Positions 54,772-64,000 of a stretch of 64,000 nt of DNA are shown here, in pieces (the first letter of the stretch is position 1; each line of letters starts with the position of its first letter). Under the pieces are notes generated by a model, which worked only from the letters and a program-made list of their open reading frames with translations, made no database searches and was not told the DNA's origin. Location: assembly GCA_036675475.1 (NCBI GenBank), contig JAKFEY010000020.1, positions 6,274-70,273 on the forward strand. Reading direction: 5' to 3'. The translations under genes and the position numbers were made by a program. The DNA comes from Vicinamibacterales bacterium (GTDB taxonomy: Bacteria > Acidobacteriota > Vicinamibacteria > Vicinamibacterales > SCN-69-37).

Positions 54772-57231
54772 CTAATCCTGGCGCAGGACGATCATCGGGT
54801 TGACCGTGGTGGCGCGTTGCGCGGGCACCAGGCACGCGATGACGGCCACGACGGCAATGAACCCGCTGACCGCGGCCATGGTGACCGGGTCGATGGGGCG
54901 CACGTTGAACAGCTGGGCCTGCAGATATTTCGTCAGCAGCGCAGACGCGCCAAGCCCGAGCACGAGTCCGACGCCCGCGAGCAGCAACCCGTAGCGCATG
55001 ACCATGCTGAGCACGCTGCCGCGCGACGCGCCGAGCGCCATGCGGATGCCGATCTCCTGCCGGCGCTCGGTCACCGCATACGACAGGATGCCGTAGGTGC
55101 CGATCGCCGCCAGCACCAGCGCGAGGCCCGCAAACACCGACAGCAGCGTGGTGAGGAAGCGCGGCCGCGCCACGGCATCGTCGAACACTTCGTCCATCGA
55201 GCGGTAGCGCACCATGGGCAGCGACGCGTCGGCCTGCTGCACGATGCGCCGAATCGACGGCGCGAGCGCGTCGGCATCGCCGCTGGTGCGCACCACGACG
55301 TTCATGTTGCCGGTGGCATTGTTGTTGTACTGCAGCGACTGGTCGTACAGCAGATACAACTCGGTGCCGGTTTCGGCGGTGATGCCGCCCTGCTTGACGT
55401 CCTTGAGCACGCCGATGACCGTGCCGAACGGCGCCTGCGGATTGAAGCCGGGCTTGATTCGCAGGCCGATGGGATCGCGGTCGCCGAAGAACTTGCGCAC
55501 GGTGGCTTCGTTGATCATCACGACGGGCGGGCCGCCGGCGTCCTGCTGCGTGAACGCGCGGCCTTTGACGACGGGGATGCCCATCGTCTCGACGTAGGAC
55601 GGCGACACCGTCTGCCAGTAGTCGACGTTCTGCGGCGGCTGGTTGGGATCGCCGTTGTTGGGAATGTGCTCGAAGTCCGTGTCGTTGGCGTTGACCGCCC
55701 GCAGCGGCGGCAGGCCGGTCATCAGCGCCACGCCCTGCACGCCGGGCAGCGCGCGCAGCTGCTCCTGCAGCCGGTTGAAGAACGCGATGCGCTGCGGCGG
55801 CTGATAGCGCGTCGTCGGCAGCACCAGACCGAACGTCACCATTTGCGATCGGTCGAAGCCGGCGTCCACCTTCATCAGGTTGGCGAACGACTTGATCAAC
55901 AGGCCCGCGCCGATCACGAGCACCACCGCGAGGGCCACTTCGGCGACGACCAACACGTTGCGCACGCGCCGGCGCGTCGCGCCGCCGGAGCTGCCGCGGG
56001 TGCCGGCTTCCTTGAGCGTGTGATTCAGATTGAGCCCGCGCGCCATCAGCAGGGGCGCGAGGCCGAAGATGAAGCCGGTGACGACGGCCATGGCCAGCGT
56101 GAAGGCGAGCACGCGTCCGTCGATCTCGATGTGGCTGGCGAGCGGAATGCCCTGGCCGTTGGTGGCCAGGATCGCGTTCAGGCCCGCATAGGCGAGGCCC
56201 ACGCCGGCCGCCGACGCCAGGAGCGCCAGGATGACGCCTTCGGTGACGAACTGCCGCAGCATGCGGCCGACGCCCGCGCCCAGCGCCACGCGCACGGCAA
56301 ATTCGCGCTGCCGCGTTTCGGCGCGCGCGAGCAGCAGATTCGCGAGATTCGCGCACGCAATCAGCAGCACGAAGCCGACCGCGCCCTGCAGCACCCACAG
56401 CGCCGTCGCGACGCTGCCGACGATGTCTTCCTTGAGCGAGCTGATGTTGAGGCGATGGTTGCCTGGCTGCGTGCCGTTCGGCGCGTGATTGTTCGGGAAC
56501 TCCGTCCGCCACCGCTCGGTGATCGTGTCGAGCTCCGCGCGCGCCTGTCCCTCGGTGACGCCCGCTTTCAGCCGGCCGATCAGATAAAGAAAATGTCCGC
56601 CGCGGTTGCCGGGGCTCGCCGGATCGATCGTCAGCGGCAGCCACATCTCCACGCGCTGATCGTGCACGTCATAGCCGCGCGGCATGATGCCGACGATGCG
56701 CGTGGGCGTGCCGCTGACATCGACGACGCGGCCAAGCGCCTGCGGCGACGCGCCGAACGCGCGCTGCCACAGCTCGTACGACAGGATCAGGACATCTTCC
56801 GCGCCGGGCAGCGTGTCTTCGCGCGTGAACATGCGGCCCGCGATCGGGCTGACGCCGAGCGCCGGCATGAGCCCTTCGGTCACCAGGCCCACGACCGGGC
56901 GCATGGGCGTGTCGGCGCCGAGATTCGACGCGCTGATGTTGTAGCCCCCCACCGCGTCGTACGACGTCGACCAGTTGCGGAATTCGAGGTATTCGGGCAC
57001 CGAGACCCAGAACTGATCGAAGCCGAGCGTGGGGAACTGGCTCGTGATGTAGACGAGCCGCTCAGGCTGCGGATAGGGCAGCGGCTTCAGGACGACGGCG
57101 TTGACGACGCTGAAGATGGCGGTGTTCGCGCCGATGCCGAGCGCCAGCGTGAGGATCGTGATGGCGGCAAAGCCCGGCGCCTTGATGAGGGCGCGGCTCG
57201 CGTAGCGCACGTCTTGCAGCACAGTCTCCAT
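54772..57231 (-). CDS. ADOP-type duplicated MacB/FtsX ABC permease
   Basis: [40 protein letters not shown] and [14 protein letters not shown]. Confidence 0.92.
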   Translation of the reverse strand: METVLQDVRYASRALIKAPGFAAITILTLALGIGANTAIFSVVNAVVLKPLPYPQPERLVYITSQFPTLGFDQFWVSVPEYLEFRNWSTSYDAVGGYNISASNLGADTPMRPVVGLVTEGLMPALGVSPIAGRMFTREDTLPGAEDVLILSYELWQRAFGASPQALGRVVDVSGTPTRIVGIMPRGYDVHDQRVEMWLPLTIDPASPGNRGGHFLYLIGRLKAGVTEGQARAELDTITERWRTEFPNNHAPNGTQPGNHRLNISSLKEDIVGSVATALWVLQGAVGFVLLIACANLANLLLARAETRQREFAVRVALGAGVGRMLRQFVTEGVILALLASAAGVGLAYAGLNAILATNGQGIPLASHIEIDGRVLAFTLAMAVVTGFIFGLAPLLMARGLNLNHTLKEAGTRGSSGGATRRRVRNVLVVAEVALAVVLVIGAGLLIKSFANLMKVDAGFDRSQMVTFGLVLPTTRYQPPQRIAFFNRLQEQLRALPGVQGVALMTGLPPLRAVNANDTDFEHIPNNGDPNQPPQNVDYWQTVSPSYVETMGIPVVKGRAFTQQDAGGPPVVMINEATVRKFFGDRDPIGLRIKPGFNPQAPFGTVIGVLKDVKQGGITAETGTELYLLYDQSLQYNNNATGNMNVVVRTSGDADALAPSIRRIVQQADASLPMVRYRSMDEVFDDAVARPRFLTTLLSVFAGLALVLAAIGTYGILSYAVTERRQEIGIRMALGASRGSVLSMVMRYGLLLAGVGLVLGLGASALLTKYLQAQLFNVRPIDPVTMAAVSGFIAVVAVIACLVPAQRATTVNPMIVLRQD

Positions 57232-57279
57232 AAGTGCTGCGTTAGACGGAAATCCGCCGGGTAAGGTTGGATCGCGGCG

Positions 57280-57630
57280 TCAGCGCGCCGGCGGATCTGA
57301 CGCCGGGAACGACTCGCGCTCGGCCTCGTCAACGCCGTCGCCGCCGATGTAGCCGCGATCGCGCAGCGTGGCCGCGCCCCAGGCGCGGGCCTGCGTCAGA
57401 TCCGCGTGGCCGGTCAGGCCGCGATACACCAGCAGCCCGCCCACCGCCGTCAGCAGCCCGCCGAGAATGCCGCGCTGCCGCAGTCCCATGGCCGCCAGGG
57501 CCGCGCCGCCGGCCACCGCCGCCGTGCGCGCGGGATCGAGTGTCCGCAAACGATCCATCAGGTGCGCGGCCGGCTCTTCGTCCCAGACGCTGCGGGGGGC
57601 GCGTTCGTTCGACAGGTTCAGGTTATCCAT
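57280..57630 (-). CDS. Small YgaP/DUF2892-like membrane protein
   Basis: RTAAVAGGAAL..GL, LVYRGLTGH and C-terminal ESFPASDPPA. Confidence 0.7.
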   Translation of the reverse strand: MDNLNLSNERAPRSVWDEEPAAHLMDRLRTLDPARTAAVAGGAALAAMGLRQRGILGGLLTAVGGLLVYRGLTGHADLTQARAWGAATLRDRGYIGGDGVDEAERESFPASDPPAR

Positions 57631-57671
57631 GCCTTGCCGAGGTGCACATCGTGTGCCGGTAGAATTCCCTC

Positions 57672-59219
57672 ATGGTCCGTGGCCTCGCCCTCCTCGTCGC
57701 CCTCGCGCTGTTTCAGGCGCCCGTCCCTTTTGACCTGGTCATTCTGAATGGCCGCGTGCTCGACGGCAGCGGCAATCCGTGGCGGCGGGCCGACGTGGGG
57801 ATACGGGGCGGGCGTATCGCCGCCATCGGGTCACTGACGGGCGCGTCCGCGGCGCGCACGGTCGACGCGGCGGGCCGCATCGTCGCGCCCGGCTTCATCG
57901 ACGCGCATTCGCATGCCGCCGAGGCACTGACGCGCGAGGCGCTGCGCGACGCGCGCCCGCTGCTGGCGCAGGGGCTCACCACCATCATCGGCAATCCGGA
58001 CGGCGGCGGGCCGGTGGATCTCGCGGCGCAGCGCGCCGCGCTCGAAAAGGGCGGCACCGGCGTGAACGTCGGCCTGCTCGTCGGCCACGGCAGCATCCGA
58101 TCGCACGTGATGGGCGCGGCCGATCGCGCGCCGTCGGCCGGGGAACTGGCGCGCATGCAGGCGCTCGCGGCCCGCGCGGTGCGCGACGGCGCCTTCGGCC
58201 TGTCGAGCGGCCTGTTCTACGCGCCGGGCAGCTTCGCGACGCTCGACGAAGTGATCGCCATCGCGCGCGAGACGGGCGGCGTCTATACGAGCCACATTCG
58301 CGACGAAGGCAACTATTCGATTGGCGTGATTGCGGCCGTGCAGGAAGTGATCGACGTCGCCGAGAAAGCCGGCGTCCGCGGCATCGTCACGCACATCAAG
58401 GCGCTCGGGCCCGACAACTGGGGCCTCGGCGCGGCCGCCGCCACGCGCATCGAGCTGGCGCGCGCGCGCGGCGTGGACGTGGTGGCCGACCAGTATCCCT
58501 ATGCCGCCTCGTCGACGAGCCTCAGCGCCGCGCTGGTGCCGCGCTGGGCGCAGGCCGGCGGCAACGACGACTTCCGCACGCGCCTGGCCGACGCCGCGAC
58601 GCGCGCGAAGATCGTGGACGAGATGCGCGAGAACATCCGCCGGCGCGGCGGCCCCGCGTCGCTCGTGATTGCGTCGCACCGCGCGGATCACGCGCTCGAG
58701 GGCCAGTCGCTCGATCAGATCGCCGAGGCGCGGCGCATGGCGCCGGAGCTGGCCGCGCTCGCGCTCGTCGAAGCCGGCGGCGCGTCGATCGTGTCGTTCA
58801 ACATGTCGGAAGAGGACATCACGGCGCTGATGCGCAAGCCGTGGATGCTGACCTCGAGCGACGGCGGGCTGTCGCTGCCCACCGAAGGGCGCCCGCATCC
58901 GCGCAACAACGGCGCGTTCACGCGCAAGCTCACGCGCTATGTGCTCGAGCGCGGCGTCGTGTCGCTCGAAGACGCGATCCGGTCCATGACATCGCTGCCG
59001 GCCGCCACGTTCGGACTCGACGGCCGCGGCGAGATCCGCGCCGGCGCCTTCGCCGATATCGTTGTGTTCGATCCGGCCGCCCTCCGCGAGCGCGCGACTT
59101 ACACCGATCCCCACCAGATGTCTGAAGGCATGTGGCTCGTGCTGGTCAACGGCGAGGCTGTGATCGAAAACGGCGCCTTCACGGGGAAGCGGCCCGGGAA
59201 GGTGCTTCGCAGGAACTAG
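57672..59219 (+). CDS. N-acyl-D-amino-acid deacylase family amidohydrolase
   Basis: VLDGSG, PGFIDAHSH, GLFYAPG, SHIRDEG, DQYPY, SSDG, HPR..G.F and ADIVVFDP. Confidence 0.92.
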   Translation: MVRGLALLVALALFQAPVPFDLVILNGRVLDGSGNPWRRADVGIRGGRIAAIGSLTGASAARTVDAAGRIVAPGFIDAHSHAAEALTREALRDARPLLAQGLTTIIGNPDGGGPVDLAAQRAALEKGGTGVNVGLLVGHGSIRSHVMGAADRAPSAGELARMQALAARAVRDGAFGLSSGLFYAPGSFATLDEVIAIARETGGVYTSHIRDEGNYSIGVIAAVQEVIDVAEKAGVRGIVTHIKALGPDNWGLGAAAATRIELARARGVDVVADQYPYAASSTSLSAALVPRWAQAGGNDDFRTRLADAATRAKIVDEMRENIRRRGGPASLVIASHRADHALEGQSLDQIAEARRMAPELAALALVEAGGASIVSFNMSEEDITALMRKPWMLTSSDGGLSLPTEGRPHPRNNGAFTRKLTRYVLERGVVSLEDAIRSMTSLPAATFGLDGRGEIRAGAFADIVVFDPAALRERATYTDPHQMSEGMWLVLVNGEAVIENGAFTGKRPGKVLRRN

Positions 59220-60751
59220 TCCGCGAGGCCGAGCATCTTCATCACCAGCGGCGCGACGTCGATCGAGCGGAAGTGCGCGGGAAGGCTGACGCCGGCCGGC
59301 GCGCCCGCCAGCAGCACCGGCGTGGTCGAGTCGAGCCTGTGCAGCGCGGCATGCGAGCCGCCGCCCACGTGCACGCCGCCGCCCGGCACCGCGAATTCGT
59401 AGCCGGGCTTCGCCGTCACCCACATGTCGCCGCCGTCGTCGAAGCCCACGCCGCCGGCGAGGCGTTCGAGCGCATTCGGGTAGTCGCCGTAGACCAGTCG
59501 CCCGCCCTCCACCCGCGCATCGACCGACGCCAGATCGCCGCGCCAGCTCCACTCGGTGCCATGGTCATCGAGCGCCGATGACGAGCCGGCCACCGCGGCG
59601 GGGTCACCGGTCCAGAAATGCAGCTGCCCGCGATCGCGCGTGGCGATTTTGTAGCCGCGCGCGCCCGGCTCGATCAGCGCCGGCTGCCAGATCACCTGAT
59701 CCACGCGTGTGTCCGACAGCATCGCCTCAGTGGCGCGCTCCATGATCGGGGCGCTCGCGACACGGAAATAGATCTGCGCGGCGCGCATGTTCGGGCAGAT
59801 CATGAGTTCGTCGCCGTGGCGCCATCCATCGGCAAGGCGGGCCGGCGTGAAATCGGCGAGCAGGCCCTCGAGATCGATGCCGGCCTTGCGCTTGTCGTCG
59901 ACGATGTCGCAGTGCGAGTGATCGGAGGTGACGAGCACGGCGTGCGTCTCGAGAAAGCGGTCGAGGCCGCCCGCACGCTCGAAGAAGTCCGCGAGCCCCT
60001 GGTCGATGCGCTCGAGCACCGGCACCGCCTCGACGGAGCCGACGTCATGGCTGCGATAGTCGTTGTCGGCGAAATACGCGAGCACGAAGTCGCCGCCGTC
60101 ATGGGTGTCGGCGATCTGGTGCAGCAGCTCGATCGTCGACGTATCGTCCATCCCGAAGCGACGGGTCGCGCCGCCGCGCGGCGTCATGACGCTGCCGGCC
60201 GGGCCCGGCGTCGACACCCAGTCGCCGAGCAGCAGATGCGACGGGCCGCACAGCGTGAAGTGCGGCGGAGCCCCAGGCAGCATCTTCAGCATCTGCGGGG
60301 TGTCGGCGAGATGCGGCACGTCGCCCTTGAAGATCAGATAGTTGATGCACGTGGCGCGCAGGCCCGCGCGCTCCACCAGCTGGAACAGCGTCGGCACGCG
60401 CAGGCGATCGCCGTTCAGCTTTTCGAGGAAGTCGCGCAGGAACGTGCCGAACCCCTCGCGCGCAATCACCCAGAAGTCGTCGCCGTAGTAGTGCAGCTCC
60501 TCGCGGTCGCGCTCGTACCAGGATGCGCCGCCGATGCCGGTGTGCACGGGGTAGTGGCCCGTGGCGATGCTGCACGTGGCCGCCGGCGTGATGGACGGAA
60601 AGATCGAGGCGCCGCTCCAGGACACCTCGCCGCGCTCGACCAGTTTCGCGAACGTCGGCAGCCGCCCCGCATCCAGCGCGGGTTTCATGGCCCAGGGCGA
60701 GGCGGCGTCGATGACGATGAGCAGGACTTTCTTGCGGGCGATGCGTTCCAC
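59216..60751 (-). CDS. Alkaline phosphatase superfamily (nucleotide pyrophosphatase-like)
   Basis: LLIVIDA, SIFPSITPAA, DYRSH, VTSDHSH and GSHAALH; start uncertain. Confidence 0.82.
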   Translation of the reverse strand: MERIARKKVLLIVIDAASPWAMKPALDAGRLPTFAKLVERGEVSWSGASIFPSITPAATCSIATGHYPVHTGIGGASWYERDREELHYYGDDFWVIAREGFGTFLRDFLEKLNGDRLRVPTLFQLVERAGLRATCINYLIFKGDVPHLADTPQMLKMLPGAPPHFTLCGPSHLLLGDWVSTPGPAGSVMTPRGGATRRFGMDDTSTIELLHQIADTHDGGDFVLAYFADNDYRSHDVGSVEAVPVLERIDQGLADFFERAGGLDRFLETHAVLVTSDHSHCDIVDDKRKAGIDLEGLLADFTPARLADGWRHGDELMICPNMRAAQIYFRVASAPIMERATEAMLSDTRVDQVIWQPALIEPGARGYKIATRDRGQLHFWTGDPAAVAGSSSALDDHGTEWSWRGDLASVDARVEGGRLVYGDYPNALERLAGGVGFDDGGDMWVTAKPGYEFAVPGGGVHVGGGSHAALHRLDSTTPVLLAGAPAGVSLPAHFRSIDVAPLVMKMLGLAD

Positions 60752-60857
60752 ATACAGCCCAGATGCGAACGGCGGGCCAAGTTCACACCGCAGGTCGACG
60801 CCCGCCGTGGTCGATTTACCATTTACCATCCCAGCTCTGGCGTAGGATCGGCAGACG

Positions 60858-61751
60858 ATGCGTCGAATCCTGACTTCCGTGGCCGTGATCCTTCTCTGCG
60901 CGGCGCCCTCGGCTGCCGCGGAGCCTCTTCTGCTGTCGGCCGGGGAGCTGGCCGGCCGGTTGACCGATCCCAAACTCGTGCTGCTGCACGTCGGCGAAAA
61001 GGCCAGCTACGACACGGCGCACATCCCTGGCGCGCGCTACGCGGACATTCGCGCCGGCCTGCATCGCCGCGATGCGGATCTGTCGCTGCAGATGCTGCCG
61101 CCCGACCTGCTGCGCGAGCGGCTCGCGGCGCTTGGCGTGTCGAACGACTCGCGCATCGTCGTCTATCACTCGGACGGATGGTTTTCGCCCGCGACGCGCC
61201 TGATGCTGACGCTGCACTATGCGGGCTTCAGCGACGTGTCGCTGCTCGATGGAGGCCTCGCGGCGTGGGTGCGCGAGAACCGAGCCGTGACGGCGGAGGT
61301 GCCGGCGCCGCGCGCGGGCACCCTGGCGCCGCTCTCGCTGCGGCCGGTCGTCGTCGATGCGGATTTCGTGCAGGCGCACCTTGCAAGAGCCGGTTACGCG
61401 GTGGTCGATGCGCGCACCGCGGCGTTTTATGACGGCACCCAGACCGGCGGCAACGCCGCCAATCCTCACAAGACGGGACACATCGCGGGCGCCCTGGGCC
61501 TGCCGTACACGACCCTGACCACCGAGGACGGCTTGATGAAACCGGTGGAGGAGCTGAAGGCGCTGTTCGCCGAGGCCGGGGTGAAGGCGGGCGACACCGT
61601 GGTGGCCTACTGCCACATCGGCCAGCAGGCCACGGCGGTGCTGTTTGCGGCCCGCCTGCTCGGCCACCCGGTGGCCCTGTACGACGGCTCGTTCGAGGAC
61701 TGGTCGCGCCGGGGCCTGCCTGCGGAAAAGAAATTCTTCCCGGTTGAATAA
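60858..61751 (+). CDS. Two-domain rhodanese-like sulfurtransferase
   Basis: HIPGA, LLDGGLAAW, VDART, GHIAGA, YCHIGQQA and LYDGSFEDW; signal-like N-terminus. Confidence 0.9.
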   Translation: MRRILTSVAVILLCAAPSAAAEPLLLSAGELAGRLTDPKLVLLHVGEKASYDTAHIPGARYADIRAGLHRRDADLSLQMLPPDLLRERLAALGVSNDSRIVVYHSDGWFSPATRLMLTLHYAGFSDVSLLDGGLAAWVRENRAVTAEVPAPRAGTLAPLSLRPVVVDADFVQAHLARAGYAVVDARTAAFYDGTQTGGNAANPHKTGHIAGALGLPYTTLTTEDGLMKPVEELKALFAEAGVKAGDTVVAYCHIGQQATAVLFAARLLGHPVALYDGSFEDWSRRGLPAEKKFFPVE

Positions 61752-61757
61752 ACCCGG

Positions 61758-61810
61758 TTGACGGGGCGGCGGGCACGCGTGTTACAATCCATCCGGATTT
61801 ACGGATAGAT
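61758..61810 (+). promoter_or_regulatory. Promoter and palindromic operator of the sahR-ahcY operon
   Basis: TTGACG at 61758; TGnTACAAT at 61780-61788; ATCCATCCG-N6-CGGATAGAT at 61787-61810. Confidence 0.6.
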
Positions 61811-62771
61811 GCCTGTCGCCCCTTCACCCCTGCTGGACGCCCTCGGAGCGCTCTCTGACCAGACGCGCTGCCGGATGCTGCTCGTCCTCGAGCGGCGGGA
61901 GCTCACGGTCGGTGAGCTGGCCGACGTGCTGCAGCTTCCGCAATCCACCGTCAGCCGTCATTTAAAGGTACTGGCTGACACCGGCTGGGTCGGGTCGCGC
62001 CGCGACGGCACCAGCCGCTTTTACTCGTTCGATTTTTCCAGCTCGACTGCGGATTCAGGCCTGGAGGCCGTCTGGACGCTCGCTCGCGATCAGGTTGCGG
62101 AGCGGGCGGCGGCGGCGCAGGATCAACTGAGGCTCAAGTCGGTGCTCGCGCGCCGCGCCGCGCGCTCGCAAACCTTCTTCGCGTCATCGGCCGGGCAGTG
62201 GGATCGGCTGCGCGAGGAACTGTTCGGCGAGCACTTCTATCTGCGCGGCATGCTCGGCCTGGCCGACGATCGCTGGACCGTCGGCGATCTCGGCTGCGGC
62301 ACCGGCATCGTCACGAGCGCGCTGGCGCCGTTCGTGGCGCGGGTGATTGCCGTCGACGCGTCGGAAGAAATGCTCGCGGCCGCGCGCGAGCGTCTCGGCG
62401 ACGCCGCCAACGTGGAGTTGCGCGCGGGGCAGCTCGAGGCGCTGCCGATCGATCCCGCGGTGCTCGATGCCGCCACGCTGATGCTGGTGCTGCATCACGT
62501 GCCGGATCCGGCGGCGGCGCTCGCGGAAGCCGCGCGCACGCTCAAGCCGGGCGGACGGCTGCTGATCGTCGACATGCTGCCGCACGAGCGCGAAGAGTAC
62601 AAGCAGCAGATGGGACATGTGTGGCTCGGCTTCAGCGCCGAGCAGATGGCGCGCCTGATGGAGGGCGCGGGATTCGAGGGCGTGCGCGTGCACACGCTGC
62701 CGGCCGATGCGGCGGTGCGCGGCCCCTCGTTGTTTGTGGCGACCGGCAGACGGCGCGACGTTGATTCTTAA
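61809..62771 (+). CDS. sahR: ArsR-HTH plus SAM-dependent methyltransferase-fold regulator (SahR-like)
   Basis: ALSD.TR.R.L, LPQSTVSRHLKVL, DLGCGTG and MVLHH; directly upstream of ahcY. The symbol is inferred from domain architecture and context. Confidence 0.82.
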   Translation: MPVAPSPLLDALGALSDQTRCRMLLVLERRELTVGELADVLQLPQSTVSRHLKVLADTGWVGSRRDGTSRFYSFDFSSSTADSGLEAVWTLARDQVAERAAAAQDQLRLKSVLARRAARSQTFFASSAGQWDRLREELFGEHFYLRGMLGLADDRWTVGDLGCGTGIVTSALAPFVARVIAVDASEEMLAAARERLGDAANVELRAGQLEALPIDPAVLDAATLMLVLHHVPDPAAALAEAARTLKPGGRLLIVDMLPHEREEYKQQMGHVWLGFSAEQMARLMEGAGFEGVRVHTLPADAAVRGPSLFVATGRRRDVDS

Positions 62772-62808
62772 TTCGTAATTCACCAACTCTCAATTTCAGG
62801 AGATCAGA

Positions 62809-64000
62809 ATGTCCACCGCAGTCATGAGTGAGCACGCGTACGACTTGACGAGGAAAGCGGGCCGCGAGCCCTTCAAGGTGAAGGACCTGTCGCTGGCCGA
62901 GTGGGGCCGCAAGGAAATCCGCCTGGCCGAACAGGAAATGCCCGGCCTGATGGCCGTGCGCGACGAGTATCGCGCGGCGCAGCCGCTCAAGGGCGCGAAG
63001 ATCATGGGCTCGCTGCACATGACGGTGCAGACCGCCGTGCTGATCGAGACGCTGGTCGACCTCGGCGCCGACGTGCGCTGGGTGTCGTGCAACATCTTTT
63101 CGACCCAGGATCACGCCGCCGCGGCGGTGGTCGTGGGCCGCGACGGCTCGGTGGCGAAGCCGAGCGGCGTGCCGGTGTACGCCTGGAAGGGCGAGACGCT
63201 CGAGGAGTACTGGTGGTGCACGGATCAGGCGCTGATGTGGCCCGACGGTACCGGCCCCAACATGCTGCTCGACGATGGCGGCGACGCCACGCTGCTGGTG
63301 CACAAGGGCGCCGAATTCGAGAAGGCCGGGGCGATTCCGGCGTTCGACGAGAAGACCGATCCCGAAGAGTGGGGCGTGATTCTGGATCTGCTGCGCGCCG
63401 AGGCGAAGCACAAGCGCAACCGCTGGACGAAGGTCGCGGCCGGCATCAAGGGCGTCACCGAAGAGACGACCACGGGCGTGCATCGCCTGTATGAAATGCA
63501 GAAGGCGGGCACGCTGCTGTTCCCGGCCATCAACGTCAACGACTCGGTGACCAAGTCGAAGTTCGACAACCTCTATGGCTGCCGGCACTCGGTGGTCGAC
63601 GGCCTGAACCGCGCGACCGACGTCATGCTGGCGGGCAAGCTGGCGGTGGTGTTCGGCTACGGCGACGTCGGCAAGGGCTGCGCGGAAGCGCTGCGCGGCC
63701 AGGGCGCGCGCGTGGTGGTGACCGAGATCGATCCGATCTGCGCGCTGCAGGCGTGCATGGCCGGCTATCAGGTCGTGACGAAGGAAGACGTGATCGGCCA
63801 GGCCGACGTCTTCATCACGGCGACGGGCAACTACAACATCATCACGGCCGACGACATGGGCAGGATGAAGGACAAGGCGATCGTCGCCAACATCGGCCAC
63901 TTCGACAACGAGATCGACATGGCCGGCCTGAAGAAGGTGAAGGGCATCACGACGATCAACATCAAGCCGCAGTACGACGAGTGGGTGTTCCCGGACGGCC
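62809..64000 (+). CDS. ahcY: Adenosylhomocysteinase (partial, runs off the window)
   Basis: [68 protein letters not shown] and [10 protein letters not shown]; RBS AGGAG. Confidence 0.97.
   Translation, partial: MSTAVMSEHAYDLTRKAGREPFKVKDLSLAEWGRKEIRLAEQEMPGLMAVRDEYRAAQPLKGAKIMGSLHMTVQTAVLIETLVDLGADVRWVSCNIFSTQDHAAAAVVVGRDGSVAKPSGVPVYAWKGETLEEYWWCTDQALMWPDGTGPNMLLDDGGDATLLVHKGAEFEKAGAIPAFDEKTDPEEWGVILDLLRAEAKHKRNRWTKVAAGIKGVTEETTTGVHRLYEMQKAGTLLFPAINVNDSVTKSKFDNLYGCRHSVVDGLNRATDVMLAGKLAVVFGYGDVGKGCAEALRGQGARVVVTEIDPICALQACMAGYQVVTKEDVIGQADVFITATGNYNIITADDMGRMKDKAIVANIGHFDNEIDMAGLKKVKGITTINIKPQYDEWVFPDG

Noticed and set aside
62772-62808. SAH or SAM riboswitch before ahcY
   Set aside because: The intergenic gap is only 37 bp, AT-rich and without riboswitch helices; protein-based control by the SahR-like regulator fits better.
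1-64000. CRISPR array, integrase, transposase or prophage
   Set aside because: No equal-length repeat-spacer array and no recombinase or phage motifs. The tandem repeats seen are 7-18 bp without unique spacers.

Overview
High-GC (roughly 70% by eye) bacterial chromosomal segment, most likely Acidobacteriota and Vicinamibacteria-like. This is inferred from an ADOP-type duplicated permease, an acidobacterial VWA protein, an Oar-like TonB-dependent receptor and BlaI/M56 pairs. It carries about 58 protein genes and 5 tRNAs: Lys-CTT, Arg-CCG, Arg-TCG, His-GTG and Arg-TCT. Recognisable functions include NHEJ genes (ligD and ku, plus a coupled HerA-like ATPase), a Fic protein, a vapBC-type toxin-antitoxin pair, GH6 and GH9 glucanases, c-type cytochromes, and a sahR-ahcY operon that runs off the right edge. 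No CRISPR array, rRNA, integrase or transposase was seen. The best candidate for an undescribed system is a cytoplasmic three-gene module at 33372-35680: a NAL1-like trypsin protease, a free-standing copy of its own N-terminal domain, and an SGNH hydrolase with a basic N-terminal extension. Other notable signals are: a GTRG-tagged REP-like palindrome family with copies sitting in frame inside ligD and the HerA-like ATPase; a symmetric 58-bp cluster of four DnaA-box-like 9-mers far from any dnaA gene; dispersed heptamer tandem repeats; and many apparently leaderless genes. All family assignments come from motif recognition by eye, not from database searches.
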